Assembly (NCBI GenBank): GCA_965649825.1
Contig: OZ287695.1
Span: 434,001 to 498,000 of the forward strand
DNA from: Penicillus capitatus
Lineage: Eukaryota > Plantae > Chlorophyta
Length of the DNA stretch: 64,000 nucleotides
Direction: 5' to 3'
Positions 10,896-22,892 of this stretch are shown here, in pieces. The notes beneath the pieces are model-generated. The model was given only the letters and a program-made list of their open reading frames with translations, had not been told where the DNA came from and did no database searches. Position numbers and translations under genes: made by a program. Position 1 is the stretch's first letter; every line of letters begins with the position of its first letter.

Positions 10896-13800
10896 TTATG
10901 GTGTCAGCAGTTGGATGAGATCCGAGCGAGTCTTTTCGGAACAATGAGCATCCGCGTGGGCACAGACGTATCTGAGAGGAGTTTTTCCCTCGCCAGTCAA
11001 GCTCGACCTTGACGCTCCAGCACCCACGAGGACCTAGAAAGCGTAATCTTTTCGGCAGCGAGGCATTTTGACTTACTTCAGCAACTTTCAGATGACCGTG
11101 ATATGATGCCAAATGAAGGGGTGTCCAATTGCCATTATCTCTGACGTTCACATTAGCCCCAGCTTTAATCAGCATCTGCGACCGTTCATCTGAGAAGCGA
11201 ACAATTCGCTGCAGAGACCGCCGACCTTCGCGATATCGGTGTGACCGTAGGCCGAGGCATCGTGCAAAGCAGTGCGATTTTTGTTGCCTGCGGTGTCCAC
11301 ATTAGCACCGGCTTCAATAAGCACCTGCGGCCGTTCATCAGAAAAGCGGAGCATTCGCTGCTCGGACTACTGACCTTCACGATATCAATGTTTCCGTCGT
11401 CTGATGCTAGAGTCAAGGGTGTCCAACCAGAACTCGTCTTGGCGTCCACATTAGCACCGGCTGCTATCAGCACCTGCGGCCGTTCATCAGAAATGCGGAG
11501 CATTCGCTACAGGGACTACTGACCTTCACGATATCGACGTTTCCGTTGTCTGATGCCAGAGTCAAGGATGTCCAACCAGAACTCGTCTTGGCGTCCACAT
11601 TGGCACCGGCTGCTATCAGCACCTGCGGCCGTTCATCAGAAATGCGGAGCATTCGCTGCAGGGACTACTGACCTTCACGATATCAACGTTTCCGTCGTCT
11701 GATGCTAGAGTCAAGGGTGTCCAACCAGAACTCGTCTTGGCGTCCACATTGGCACCGGCTGCTATCAGCACCTGCGGCCGTTAATCTAAGAGGCGGAGCA
11801 TTTGCTGCAGGGACTGACCTTTGCGACATCGGTGTAACCGCTGGCTAATGCTTTATGCAAGGGGGTCGAACCAGAATTCGTCTTGCCGTCCACATCGGCG
11901 CCGGCGTCAATTAGTTCCTGCGATCTTCTAACGGAGATGTGGAGCATTCGCTGCAGGGGCTGACCTTCACGACATCGGTGTGGCCGTTATTTGATGCCGA
12001 ATGCAAGGGAGTCCAACCGGAATCCGTCTTGGCGTCTACATTCGCGCCGGCTGCTATCAGCACCTGTGATCGTGTTTTAGAAGAGTGAGGAACTTTAACT
12101 GGAATGCTTTACTTTGACAATTTCGAGATGTCCTCGGTACGATGCTGCGTAGAGAGCAGACCGACTGTCTTCGTCCTCGGCACTGATGTCAGCTCCAGCT
12201 GCGATGAGAACCTTCGCCATTTCTCTTCCATGACAATAGATGCTCTTTGGCGTCGCACTTTGACGATGTCAGTGTGCCCGTTGTAAGATGCCACGTGCAG
12301 CGGCGTCTCTCCTTTAGCGTTTTCGACCTCAGTGTCCGCTTTGTATTTCAGCAACACCTGAAACACAGAGAGACAGCTGGATTCATTCCATTAAAAAAGG
12401 CGTTTTGGGCATCGCTTTCTCATGTAGAGACTCCTCGTCACACCTCTGCGCACTTCAAAGCGTGGAATATAGCCACCAAGTGCAGCGGTGTCGACTCCAG
12501 TGCCACTTCATACCCGGGCGTGCTAATATTATGCTCGTAAACCGTGTCGACATGCAGACCGGCTTGAAGAAGCGCTTCCGCATCGATTGCACTGTCCCCT
12601 CGAATGGCAACGATCATCTCCTGCACCGACAGAATGCATTCGAACTCTCGTAAACGAATGAGCTCACGGAGAGCCTTTTTGAGTGAGTCAGTCTTGCGTA
12701 CTTCGCGCGTTTTTTGTCCAATCTCTTCGTGCCACTTTTCTCGGGACTTGGAGTCTGCATACACGCCGTATACAGCAGTATCCATGGATATGTTTGCTCC
12801 AGAGCACACCTTTTTCGTGCGATCGCTTCCGGTGATGCTTTTTATCCAGTCCAGAAAATGGTCGACAGATGTGTAAATGGCTGGTTCTAAGCCGGAGCAC
12901 TGTTGGGACTCGTCGTCCGCGTAGCCGTACGACGTAATGCCAACGATCATGTCTCTTTTTGCATTCCCAGCTGCGATCTTGTCGTTCGGAGCGTCCACCA
13001 ACATCAGAGGACCGCCGGAGTCGCCTAGCAGACAATCGCAACGACTCACACTCGGATCGGTTAAAGTCCATTGCCAGGACACTGACCTTGACATGTGTCC
13101 TGTAAAAGCGCTCCGGCGCAGATCCAGCTGTCCTCGTCGACTCCTTGAGGTTGCACTTTGCAGGATTTACGCGCGACAACGGCGATTCTGTCAGCCAGGC
13201 GCAAAACGTGTGAGTGATCCGCGGATTCTGTACGTCCCCATCCTGTTGCAGCCAACAGCTTTCCGCGCCTCAGTGGAACGTCCCCCGAGCCCAAACGCGG
13301 CAGTGTAAGGTTGGCTGCCTCTCTGTCGAGCTTCAGCACTGCAATGTCAGATCCGTTGATGACATCGCCTGTCCAGTCATTATGGATATGGCCGTCAATG
13401 ACATCGAACACCTGCATGTCACACGGCGTTCGTGTGACCTGACTGAAGAGAAGTGCCGAATCACTCACTTTGTCCTCGTCCACCTTGTCCTTCAGGTCAT
13501 AGATTCCGCAGTAGACGACGGGGGACATACCCAGGGTTTTTTCTCCTTTGGGGTCCACGCAGTGAGCCGCCGTCAAAATCCATTGCGGCTTGATAAGCGT
13601 CGCCCCGCAGGCATGCGAATGGCTTCCGCGTTCACGCATGCTGCACATGTACGGAAATCTTCCACGCTTCGCTTTTGCGCCTCCCTGTAAACACGCGGCT
13701 CGGACAATGACGGTTGAGATGCTTCCGCGTCGATAGACGCACCACTATCTTCGCGTAGATGTCGTTGGACGCCTCGCGCCATCCTTGTTCTAGAAACGCG

Positions 13801-13902
13801 TAAAATGGACGGATAATGGAAACATTTCTTACCCGTTTCCTGACTGCCGTGAGTTGGCCACGACAGCAAGAGTAGCCACAAGTGTATTGCCAGGTGCGTC
13901 AT
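10896..13902 (-). CDS. Secreted trypsin-like S1 protease fused to an array of about 10-11 ankyrin repeats (paralogue B)
   Basis: Signal-peptide-like MTHLAIHLWLLLLSWPTHG, activation site DIYAK-IV|GG, WILTAAHC, SDIAVL and DTCQG|DSGGP. ORF 12438-13094 runs from the protease C-terminus into the first ankyrin repeat. Nine internal 99-nt phase-0 exons follow, then terminal exon VLVGAGASRSSLTGEGKTPLRYVCAHADAHCSEKTRSDLIQLLTP*. Confidence 0.9.
11325..11771 (-). repeat. 149-bp tandem repeat (99-nt ankyrin exon + 50-nt intron) x3, within about 6 related units spanning 11176-12063
   Basis: Exons 11771-11673, 11622-11524 and 11473-11375. The first differs from the other two by only 4 and 2 nt. Introns share gtcag...cctgcagcgaatgctccgc...gatgaacggccgcag. 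Confidence 0.95.
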
Positions 13903-15423
13903 TTCTGCCGCCTTTCTTTCCGGGCGTCGACGTCCCTTTTCTGAACAACGGTGCTCGAGCATTGTGTTTGCTGAGAAATGAAGCTTCGCGAACGATGCAG
14001 AACAATGGTCGCAGAAGGCACCATTACGTACGTACATACGTGCATACGTTTGAAGTACGTACTGTATATTCGAGTTCCACATACGTCAGCATTTCCAGGA
14101 AACTCTTTATCCGTGTGTTTGTTGCCTTAGACGGCGTTTAGGTTCCTCGGTGACGCTCGACGTCATGCGCCAGTCGAAGCAGTTGTTTTGCGCAAGCACC
14201 TGTCGATGTCGATCGATGCACCTCCTACATGACACAGAACGCATTAACAGAGATGGATTTTTGGATGAGAAGAAAGAAGACGGCAAACAAAACGGCAATC
14301 TGAATAGAGGGCAAGACACTCCCAACCTTTCTGAACCCTCTCTTAGTGTTTGAATGACATCGCCATCTCACACATAAGGTGAATCTATCGACAATTCTAC
14401 AGTGTTCCGCCGTCACCGATAGAATCTGTTGCTGTAGTTGTTGATGCATGTCGGTATGTGGCGTTCGAAGTCGACATCAAATCTGAGGCATAGCTGAGCA
14501 CCGGCCATCTAGGATGCATGATTCTCGTGCTATGGATGTCGTCGTTTTGGTCTCCATCTCTGTCGCATTCATCTCTTCGTCCAAGCGGAAGGCTATTGAT
14601 CCTTCAGACAGAGATTCGAATAGTGATGTCCTGTGTCCGTCAGTCGAACAATCTACAACCGTCCGTTTTGCAAAGGGCGATCGAAATGGGGTCTTGTTGG
14701 TTATGGAGACTGACCGTCACATTTAGCGAATCCTTAGTGGCCTAATGGCCTCGTGAAACGGACGATTAACTGCCCTGCGACGGTTGACGAAGTTTCTCCG
14801 AGGAAGCAGAGGAATTCTCGTTTTCGGTAAACCTTCTGAAGCGCCTCGTGTGATACAAACGAACGGTGCTGGGCAGTAACCGAGCCTCCACCGCTGGAAA
14901 TCGCCACCATGTGGCACCCGCTCGCCGTCTCCGAAGGTCGCGGACGCGGCCTTGATTTGAAGACGCCTATTGACTATAATCGTCATATGGCATTCGGATC
15001 TGATCTTCCTCCAGTGCTCCCCTGCCATGAGGCGAATCTTATTCAACGTCGCAAATGTACTTTCACTCACAAGGATCTGTCTTAATCCAGAAGTCCTCGG
15101 CAACAGTCCACGGTCGCGAAGCTCTGCCGTCACCTCGGTGGAGATGATGTGACGTGCGATGCAGACACCGTTGAAACGTCCCTCGAAGCCTTCGATCATG
15201 TATCAACCACCGCCCCTCTCTTTTGCACACAGTTGTCCATATACTGACCATTATTGCACCTCCTCAAGAGCTAATACTGCGTCGTCTTCCTGTTTCGTGC
15301 CTTGGTCAGATTCGCAGAACGTAAAGAGGTGACGGGTACCTTGCCCTTATCCGTCTGGCTAGGTGCACTCGCGCCTCGACCCGTCGCATGCACACAGACG
15401 CCCTTTTCCGTTTAGGTGTGCCA

Positions 15424-18099
15424 ATGGCGGCGAATTACGAAGTGCGCAGCTCGCGGAGCTTCCTTAACAATCCGGCCTGGATTGTCAGTCAGTTTCAGGA
15501 GGGGACAAACGGGAAGAGCACGATGAACCTTCCCGAGTTCATCCGGGCTGTGGGATGCAAGAGCGATATCTTCGCCCGGAAGCTCTTCGAATCCATCGAC
15601 GCCAATCACACAGGCGACATCACACTGGAAGACTTCATCGCCGGTCTGCAGAAGCTCCGAGCCAGGGACATAACCGAGCGCATTCAATTCGTCTTCGGCA
15701 TCTTTGATTTGGACGGCGACGGTTTTATAAGCGGAGAAGAACTGAAGACCGTCCTCGAGGCAAGTGTGGAGGAAGAAGGCGGTCTGCTCACCGAAGAAGA
15801 GAACGCGAGCTTGGTGAGCTCTTTACTGCAGCTATTTGAAGCCGATGCAACGTCGCACATCAGCTACGTTGAGTTCGAGAACGTGATCACCACCTACCCA
15901 GATTTGCTCAGTGGTCTGACCTTTGGACGATTTGGCATGCGAACGATGGCGCCTGCCAGTCGTGTCCGGAAGAAGCGCTTCAGACGTGTGCGCAAGGCAG
16001 TCTCCTGGATCGTCAACAATCCCCAGTGTCTCTACACCTACGGCGCCGTCATTCTGGTCCTTCTGGGGTGCTTTCTGTGGCGATTCATGAAGTACGCAGG
16101 AGACTGCGCCGGCGCGGATATGAACATGGAGGATCCCGTGACCGGATACTCCCGACAAGACATCGTCGATCTCTCGAAGAACAAGAGCGACATGGGTATG
16201 CGGGCAGACGACGTGCCTTACATGGTCTTCAGCAAGGCCATGGCGGAATACGATCCAATCGAGTGCAGAGACGCTCGAAAGCGAAAGCTTCTCAGTTGGA
16301 CGCTTCCTGTTGCAAAGGGCTGTGGCCAGGCAATGAAGGTCACCTTCACGCTCATCCTCCTGCCCGTATCAAGAAACCTCATGACCACCCTGAGAGACAC
16401 CGTTCTCAGACGATTTTTCTTGTTCGACCAAGCTATTGAGTTTCACAGGTAACAACGCACCTGGCCTGCCTTTCCGCGTCTGATGCAGTCGATGTGGTCG
16501 GTGCGCAGATTTCTTGGCAAGATTGGATTCTGGTTGGCGTGGACGCACACCATCTGTCACGTCGTTGACGTGATCAACTGGCAAGACTCAGATCGCTATC
16601 GTTACTGGTCCTGGGCCTTTCCCGAGGATCGCACGCCGCAGGACATGAAAGGCATTCTGCGCGACGACAGCGGCGTTCCGATGCACGACGAGGACGGTCG
16701 TCTGATGCAGGACGACGAGGGCAGCAAAGATGGGATGCCGCGGATGTTCTACAACGACGAGCCCCAGCCGACCCTCAAGGACATCCTGACGTCGTGCGTG
16801 GCCATCACCGGGATCATTCTGATCGTCATCTACACTCTGGCCGCGCTCTTTGCGTTCGACTACCCAAAGAAGCTCTCCATCTTCAAGCGACAAGACAGCG
16901 ACGAGGAGAAGCCTTGGCGAGTATGGGTCCTCGCCGTGGGTCAGTGGCTGAACGATTTCAACAACTTCTGGTACTCGCATCACCTCTTCAGCATTTTCTA
17001 CATGGCACTTCTTTTTCACCCGATGCCCAATCTTCCAGACGAGCGCAACGAATGGGGCTGGAGCGATTCCTGGCTGTGGGTCGGAGTCCCTGTGGCGATC
17101 TACCTGACAGAACGTGTCGTCCGAGTCAAACGCAGCACCAGCAACACCCGAGTCGTCAGCGCAGAGCCGCTAGACGGCGACGTCGTTGGCCTGCGATTTC
17201 TCCGTCCCCGCGGATTCACTTACACACCGGGCCAGTACGTCTTCATCCGCTGCCCTCAGATCTCCCGATTCGAGTGGCATCCGTTCACACTGACGTCAAG
17301 CCCCGGAGACTCCTACCTCGGCGTCCACGTGCGCAAGGCTGGAGACTGGACGGCGGCGTTGCATCAACTGGTGGAGGAACACGCCCGCAAGAGGGCCGGA
17401 TCCTGCTCGGAGAACAGCGGGACGTTCTCTGTGCGCTCGAGATACCACGTCAAGCCTGTGCTCGGCGACGAGTTCGACGTCGTCGAGCGATTCAATTTCA
17501 GCATCTCTGTGGACGGTCCTTTCGGCGCGCCCGCACAGAACTATGCCGATTACAAGGTCATTGTGCTCATCGGCGCCGGAATCGGCGTCACTCCTTTCGC
17601 ATCGGTCCTCACCGATCTGCTCGATTCGCTCAAGCAGTGCGCCTGCCCAAAGTGCGGCTACAGCAATCCGCGCCTGATGCGCACCCGTATCAAGAAGGTC
17701 TACTTCTACTGGACAGTGCGGTCGCGATCCGAGGCATCGTGGTTTAAGCATCTCCTGGAGGCCATCTCGTTGCGTGATGAAGACGGTCTGCTGGACATCC
17801 AAGTGAACATCACGGGCATCAAGCGCGCCAATGACCTCAGGACGATGATGCTGCGCCTCGCGCAGTACGAAAGCGGCGAGCCTTCGACATCGGACGCCCA
17901 TTCTCGCACCGTCACGCGCTTTGGCCGCATCGACTGGAACGAAGTTTTTGAGAAAGTTAAAGTTGACTTCCCGTGCGAACCGAGTGTGGGAGTTTTCTAC
18001 TGTGGCCCCAATACGATCGCTAAGATCCTCGACAAAATGTGCCGACAGAACAGCAGAGGGCCGACAAAATTTCTATTCATGAAAGAGTCGTTTGGTTAG
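15424..18099 (+). CDS. RBOH: EF-hand NADPH oxidase (respiratory burst oxidase homologue)
   Basis: EF hands DANHTGDITLED and DLDGDGFISGEE; heme His motifs IEFHR...THTICH and YSHHLF...LFHP; FAD site EWHPFTLTS; NADPH sites DGPFGAP, GAGIGVTPF and GVFYCGP; C-terminus FMKESFG*. One intron at 16449-16508. An upstream exon is possible. Confidence 0.95.
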
Positions 18100-18464
18100 G
18101 AAAATAAACGAACCCCATTATGGATTCGGTTCTGTTGGGAGACAAGTGCGTATTATCTCTTGGTATTGACTTTGATGATTTCTTGGCTCGACATCTCTCT
18201 GGAGTTATTTGATGAGTCCGAGGACTGATGACGGGAAAAGGAATAGCGACCTACCTATCCTTTGTTTGTTTCTTCGTTTAGGCTTTTTCATCTACTGACT
18301 CTACTCGTGTTTACAACTATCGCGCAAGAAGACAATAAGATGTCACAAGTGTAATTATTGGAAGCATCAAGGATTCAGAACTGAAACGGAGCGTTTCTTT
18401 AACAACGGGAACGTTCTAAGGAATTGGGGATCTGTACGTCTGTGCTGTTGTGTGTCTCGTCCGT

Positions 18465-20583
18465 TTAGACAAGTTGAGGCAAGCAGATAGAAGTCTTCAA
18501 CCTAGAGAGAGATGTAATGACGTGACGTGTAGACATAGCGTCTGTCACCTGTTCCACGACTGTCCGTTCGGATCCACCCGACGTGGGGCCTGGATGATTG
18601 TCGGAATGGGCAGCAGCGCAAAATGCGTGTTGACCAGTCCGACGGTCACGCCTAGGGATCACACGTCATCGAGCAGCAGGAAGGGTGGCCGGACAGACCG
18701 GTGAATCCTGCAAAGGCAGCATGAACAGCTCCCTGTCCCAAGATGTTGCAGTAGACGTGATCGCCGCTGCAGGTCGGGATGGCGCGGATCATGTAAGTGG
18801 GATCGATGTACTTGATGTCGCAGTCATGCTGGCAGGGCAGAACCGAGCGTTGGAGTGAACGGCATGGACGGTCTGCCTACTTCAAAGTACGTGCTCAGTT
18901 GCTCTCGCAGCAGGTCGCCGATCTCGTTCAGAACCGGATTGCCGGAGGCATCCTTCTGTCCGGACACCCCGATCATATCCTGACCAGCCCCTGCAGAGAT
19001 GGGATCCGTGAGAGAGGAGAAGCTGGGGAGAAGGTGCCTTCTGCAACGCATATGACGCAGTGTCCTTTCTTGGCGATCACCGAGGCGACGTAGTCGCAGA
19101 GCTTCTCGATGGAGAAGGGCACCTCCGGAATCAGACACACGTCCACCACGCCTACATTGCCGCCTCGGGAATGCCGCCGTCGTTAGGATCGGTTACCCGA
19201 AGACATCGACGCTTTCATGGCGATGAAACCCGATTGACGTCCCATCAGCTTCACCAAACCGATGCCTGCTCGACACGACATGCGAGAAGCTGTTCGGAAG
19301 CCGCGATGCCGCTCACCCTTTCTGGCACTCTTCGCTTCGACCTTCGCCGCGAGCAGTGCGCGTTGTGCCTCCTCGACGGCCGTGTCGAATCCAAAGCACT
19401 TGTCCACGATCAGGATGTCGTTGTCGATGGATTTTGGCACAGCGATGACGGAACACAAGACATTCTGTCGTTCGCACTCCTCCTGAATGGCATTGGCCGC
19501 TGCATTGCCTCCGTTGCCGCCCAGGACGAACAACATGTTGAGTCCCCACAGATCGATGCGCCGCACGATGCGACAGATGTCGGCACCTCCACGCGACGTC
19601 CCCAACACCGTCCCTCCCTTCAAGTGGATGCCGTCCACCAGCTCTGGCTTCAAAGCAATGGGGCGACAATCGCCTTTGTAGAATCCCTTCAATCCGTAAC
19701 GAATTCCTGACCGACACTCGCTGCTGGAAAGGACAGAACAGCAAGGAAGGTACCCAGAACGTTGTCTTCAGGGACGCCGTAGTCGTTGAGTGTCGTCACA
19801 ATCGCCTGGACGACGTCATTGAGTCCAGGGCACAGTCCGCCACAGGTCACCACTGCCGCCGAGACCGTCTTGGGATCGAAGTAGATCTGGCGTCGAGGAC
19901 CGGAACGCACGGCGTAGGTGGGCAGGGACAGGCAGACGTCGTCTTCCATCGACACGTCGGCGATGCCATGTCCACACTCCCTTCCTAGAAACGGCACTGC
20001 GCGTCTGCGACGATGCGATCGATTCTTACCCACGGATTCCTGACTGCCAAAGCGGACACTGTGAAGATTGATCATATCTCCATCGTCCACTACAGATCAC
20101 ACCTTTCCGATTCGGAGAGCGCAATTCCAATGCGCCTGTCGTACCGAAAGCGCCGCCTCGGATGCCGTCCTCCACAAACGGACTGTCCCTAGAAAGGCGC
20201 CAGGATGAACGGTCAGCTTAGGGGAGGGCGATTTCGTGCCTCTTATTGAGGCGTTTGCGGAGTGTCTTGATCAGGAGCGAATCGGGGCCTCCGAAAGTGG
20301 GGTCGATGCAAGGATTCGCACTGTCGAGGCCACTGGCGGCGCACAGGCTGCCGTCATCGTCCGTGTCGTCTTCCTCTTGCGTCGAGTCGTGAATGTTTGC
20401 GAAGCGGGGAGACGTCAAATCCTTGTCCGCTTCGGCGTAGAGTCGACCAAAGCGCCGCGTCGTCCAGAGGTGCGTCGCAAGGCGTCGACGGACAGGAATG
20501 GCTCGAGACAGAGCGACGCATGAGCGACGTCCGGCGTGGACGGGTCGCGCGGCGAGACGTGTGGAAACGATGCGGCAACGCAT
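18465..20583 (-). CDS. PFK: ATP-dependent 6-phosphofructokinase, plant group, probably plastid-targeted
   Basis: [59 protein letters not shown] and [14 protein letters not shown]-rich N-terminal extension; several short introns. Confidence 0.93.
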
Positions 20584-20619
20584 ATCGGAGAGCGACACAT
20601 CGTACCTGTCGATGTCCTG

Positions 20620-21945
20620 ATGAATGCCCTTCTCGGCTGCTTGCGACATCCTCTCCCTCCACCTCCGCTAAACTCAGGCAGTCATAAGTGGAGCGTCACA
20701 GAGACTGACGCGTGTCGCGTGTAGTGACGCGGTTGGTGGTGGTCGGCGACGTGCACGATGGCCGAGTGAAGCAATGGTCGGATGCCGACGCCGCTATTCT
20801 CGGAGCACTGCATCCGGACATGGCCCTGTTCGTGGGCGACATCGGAAACGAAGCCTTCAAGACGGTGGAAGCCATCGCGACGATGGACATTCCGAAGCTC
20901 GTGATTCTAGGAAACCACGACGCCTGGTACGACCTCACTCTTACTGGTGCGAGATCGATCCGTCGTGCTTCATCAGGCATACGCCGGATCCCATGATTCG
21001 GGCGACGCTGGATCGCACGCAGCATGTCGACCAAGTGAATCGCCAGCTCGACGCTCTGGGCGAGGATCACATCGGATTCCGTATGCGCTCGCTGCCTGGG
21101 AAGCCCGTCTCCATCGTCGGCGCTCGACCCTTCACGAGCGTTCGTTTGCTGATATCCGCCTGCGGAAACGGACTCGCCCTGCTGTCTAGGGAGGAAAGAA
21201 CAGACATCCGGCCATTGTGCGTAACCTCTACGGATACGAAGGAGTGGATCAGTACGCAGAGGTCATCGCAGAGACGGCGCTTTCGGCACCCCCTGGCAAC
21301 TCCGTCGTCATTGTGGCCCACAACGGACCGACTGGACTAGGCACGCCGTCACGCTGAAGTCCTTTCCTTCATGCAGGAGATGCCCTCAGGAGATAAGCGT
21401 TATGACATCTGCGGAGTGGATTTTCTTCCGGAGGAGGGAGATCACGGAGACGAGGATCTGGAGATGGCCCTTCTGCGCCTAAAACAACACGATCGATCAC
21501 CTGTTCTTGTGACTTTCGGTCACATGCATCACAAGATCCGTCGGTTCGACGGTCTGTGAGATGCCACGCCCGGAGCGGAGATGATCGGTGTGGTGCAGGG
21601 AGGGCACAAGAGTACCGGCGAAGGGTTGTTTACGATGCGACGCGCGAGACGTTGTTTCTCAACTGCGCCGTCGTTGGTCGACTGACGCCCGTTGGATCTC
21701 GAGGTCGATCCGCCCCGGCTCAGACGCATCATTTCTGCCTGGTGGAGATTGAGAACGGACGCGTGCAGAAGGCAGAAGACGTCTATGTCTATAGCAGAGC
21801 CAATGTTCCTCAGGACCAAATGGACGTTGTCCCACTCGTGGAGCGCGGAGAAGTGAACGGTCGCGAATGGATCCGTGTGTGGAACACGCATCTACGTCAC
21901 TGGGAAGAAACATCGATGGATGCGGCATGTTCTGAAATCGTTTAA
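20620..21945 (+). CDS. Calcineurin-like metallophosphoesterase, TIGR04168-like family
   Basis: VVGDVHD, FVGDIGNE, ILGNHDAW, AHNGP and VTFGHMHH metallophosphoesterase motifs. The start is inferred via a putative GC-AG first intron. Confidence 0.8.
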
Positions 21946-22359
21946 GATCCTTTCCTTGGGGATACCGAATTGTGCACGACAGAGAAGTGACATGGACAGA
22001 CACGGGACGCTGTTGCATTCAAGAACTTGAATGAAACTCCTACCGACAGGCAGACTTTACATGTTCTGTGCTCTGCATGGACGCGTGTTATCTGAATGAC
22101 GCCTTCGTCTTCATCATTCTAAAGGGTGGATTTGAGTACAGAGAGAGAAAACGGTGTCGAAGCTCGATGACGAGACAGCATTTAGGAAGGGGATTTTCGT
22201 CACGTCGCTCGTCACGGTGAGCGTCATGTGATGACGTCCGCGAAAAAGACAGTTAAATGCGTATGCATCCTACGGTAATACTTGCATCATCGGTGTCATT
22301 GACGCAAATCGTTTGTTATTCTCGCCTTCACAGAGCTCTTCTTCGATCAACGCAACAAC

Positions 22360-22867
22360 ATGGCACGCCGTCGCGGTAACGAGTCGCTAAGCAGCGTCAA
22401 CGTCGACAACGCGTGCTCGCGTGTTTAGGAGGTTCGCGTCCATCCGGACGACGAGGTTTCTCGAGCAACGCTTCCAAATCACCTCCACCGACGCCCACTG
22501 CACGTAAGGCCGACCACCGTCAGTCCAATGCCTCCCCCTTAACATACTTTGTGTTCCAGGCGCTCCACCTCCACAGCAGAGCCAGGGAGGAGGTCTCTTC
22601 TCGAGCCTGGCCGGAACCGTGATGACGGGAGCCGCTCTGGGAACCGGAAGCGCATTCGCCCACCGCGCCGTCGACGGCCTCATGGGTGGCCGCGGAGAGG
22701 CTGTCCCTCAGGAGGCCGCTGCCCCTGCGGCGTCCCAGTCCGTCGACGCCTGCCACCACCAGTCCAAGGCCTTCGCCGACTGCGTCTCGGCAAACAACGG
22801 AGACATCGCCGCCTGCCAGTTCTACTTCGACATGCTTCAGCAGTGCAAGATGCAGACGCAGATGTGA
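22360..22867 (+). CDS. CHCHD2: CHCHD2/CHCHD10 (Mix17)-like twin CX9C protein, probable parental copy
   Basis: Same three-exon structure and twin CX9C as 4873-5381; sits next to the full-length MOGS. Confidence 0.88.
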
Positions 22868-22892
22868 ATCGAACGCATTCGTTTGTTTACTG

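Noticed and set aside
11325-11771. Regular 149-bp repeat as a CRISPR array
   Set aside because: The units are coding exon + GT-AG intron, with no unique spacers and no cas genes; the locus is eukaryotic.
12438-13094. Intron-free 218-aa protease-to-ankyrin linker
   Set aside because: Two introns (55 + 47 = 102 nt) explain the read-through, and the second matches the junction in paralogue A. The fusion holds either way.
16794-17901. Long alternative-frame and antisense ORFs over RBOH (and likewise over MOGS, PHT4, KCBP and bestrophin)
   Set aside because: These are shadow ORFs of GC-rich coding sequence, R/S/P-rich and without motifs.
15424-18099. Non-standard TAA/TAG=Gln code, as in some ulvophyte orders
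   Set aside because: RBOH ends in TAG right after the conserved KESFG terminus, Tctex-1 ends in TAA at its expected end, and long ORFs lack internal TAR codons.
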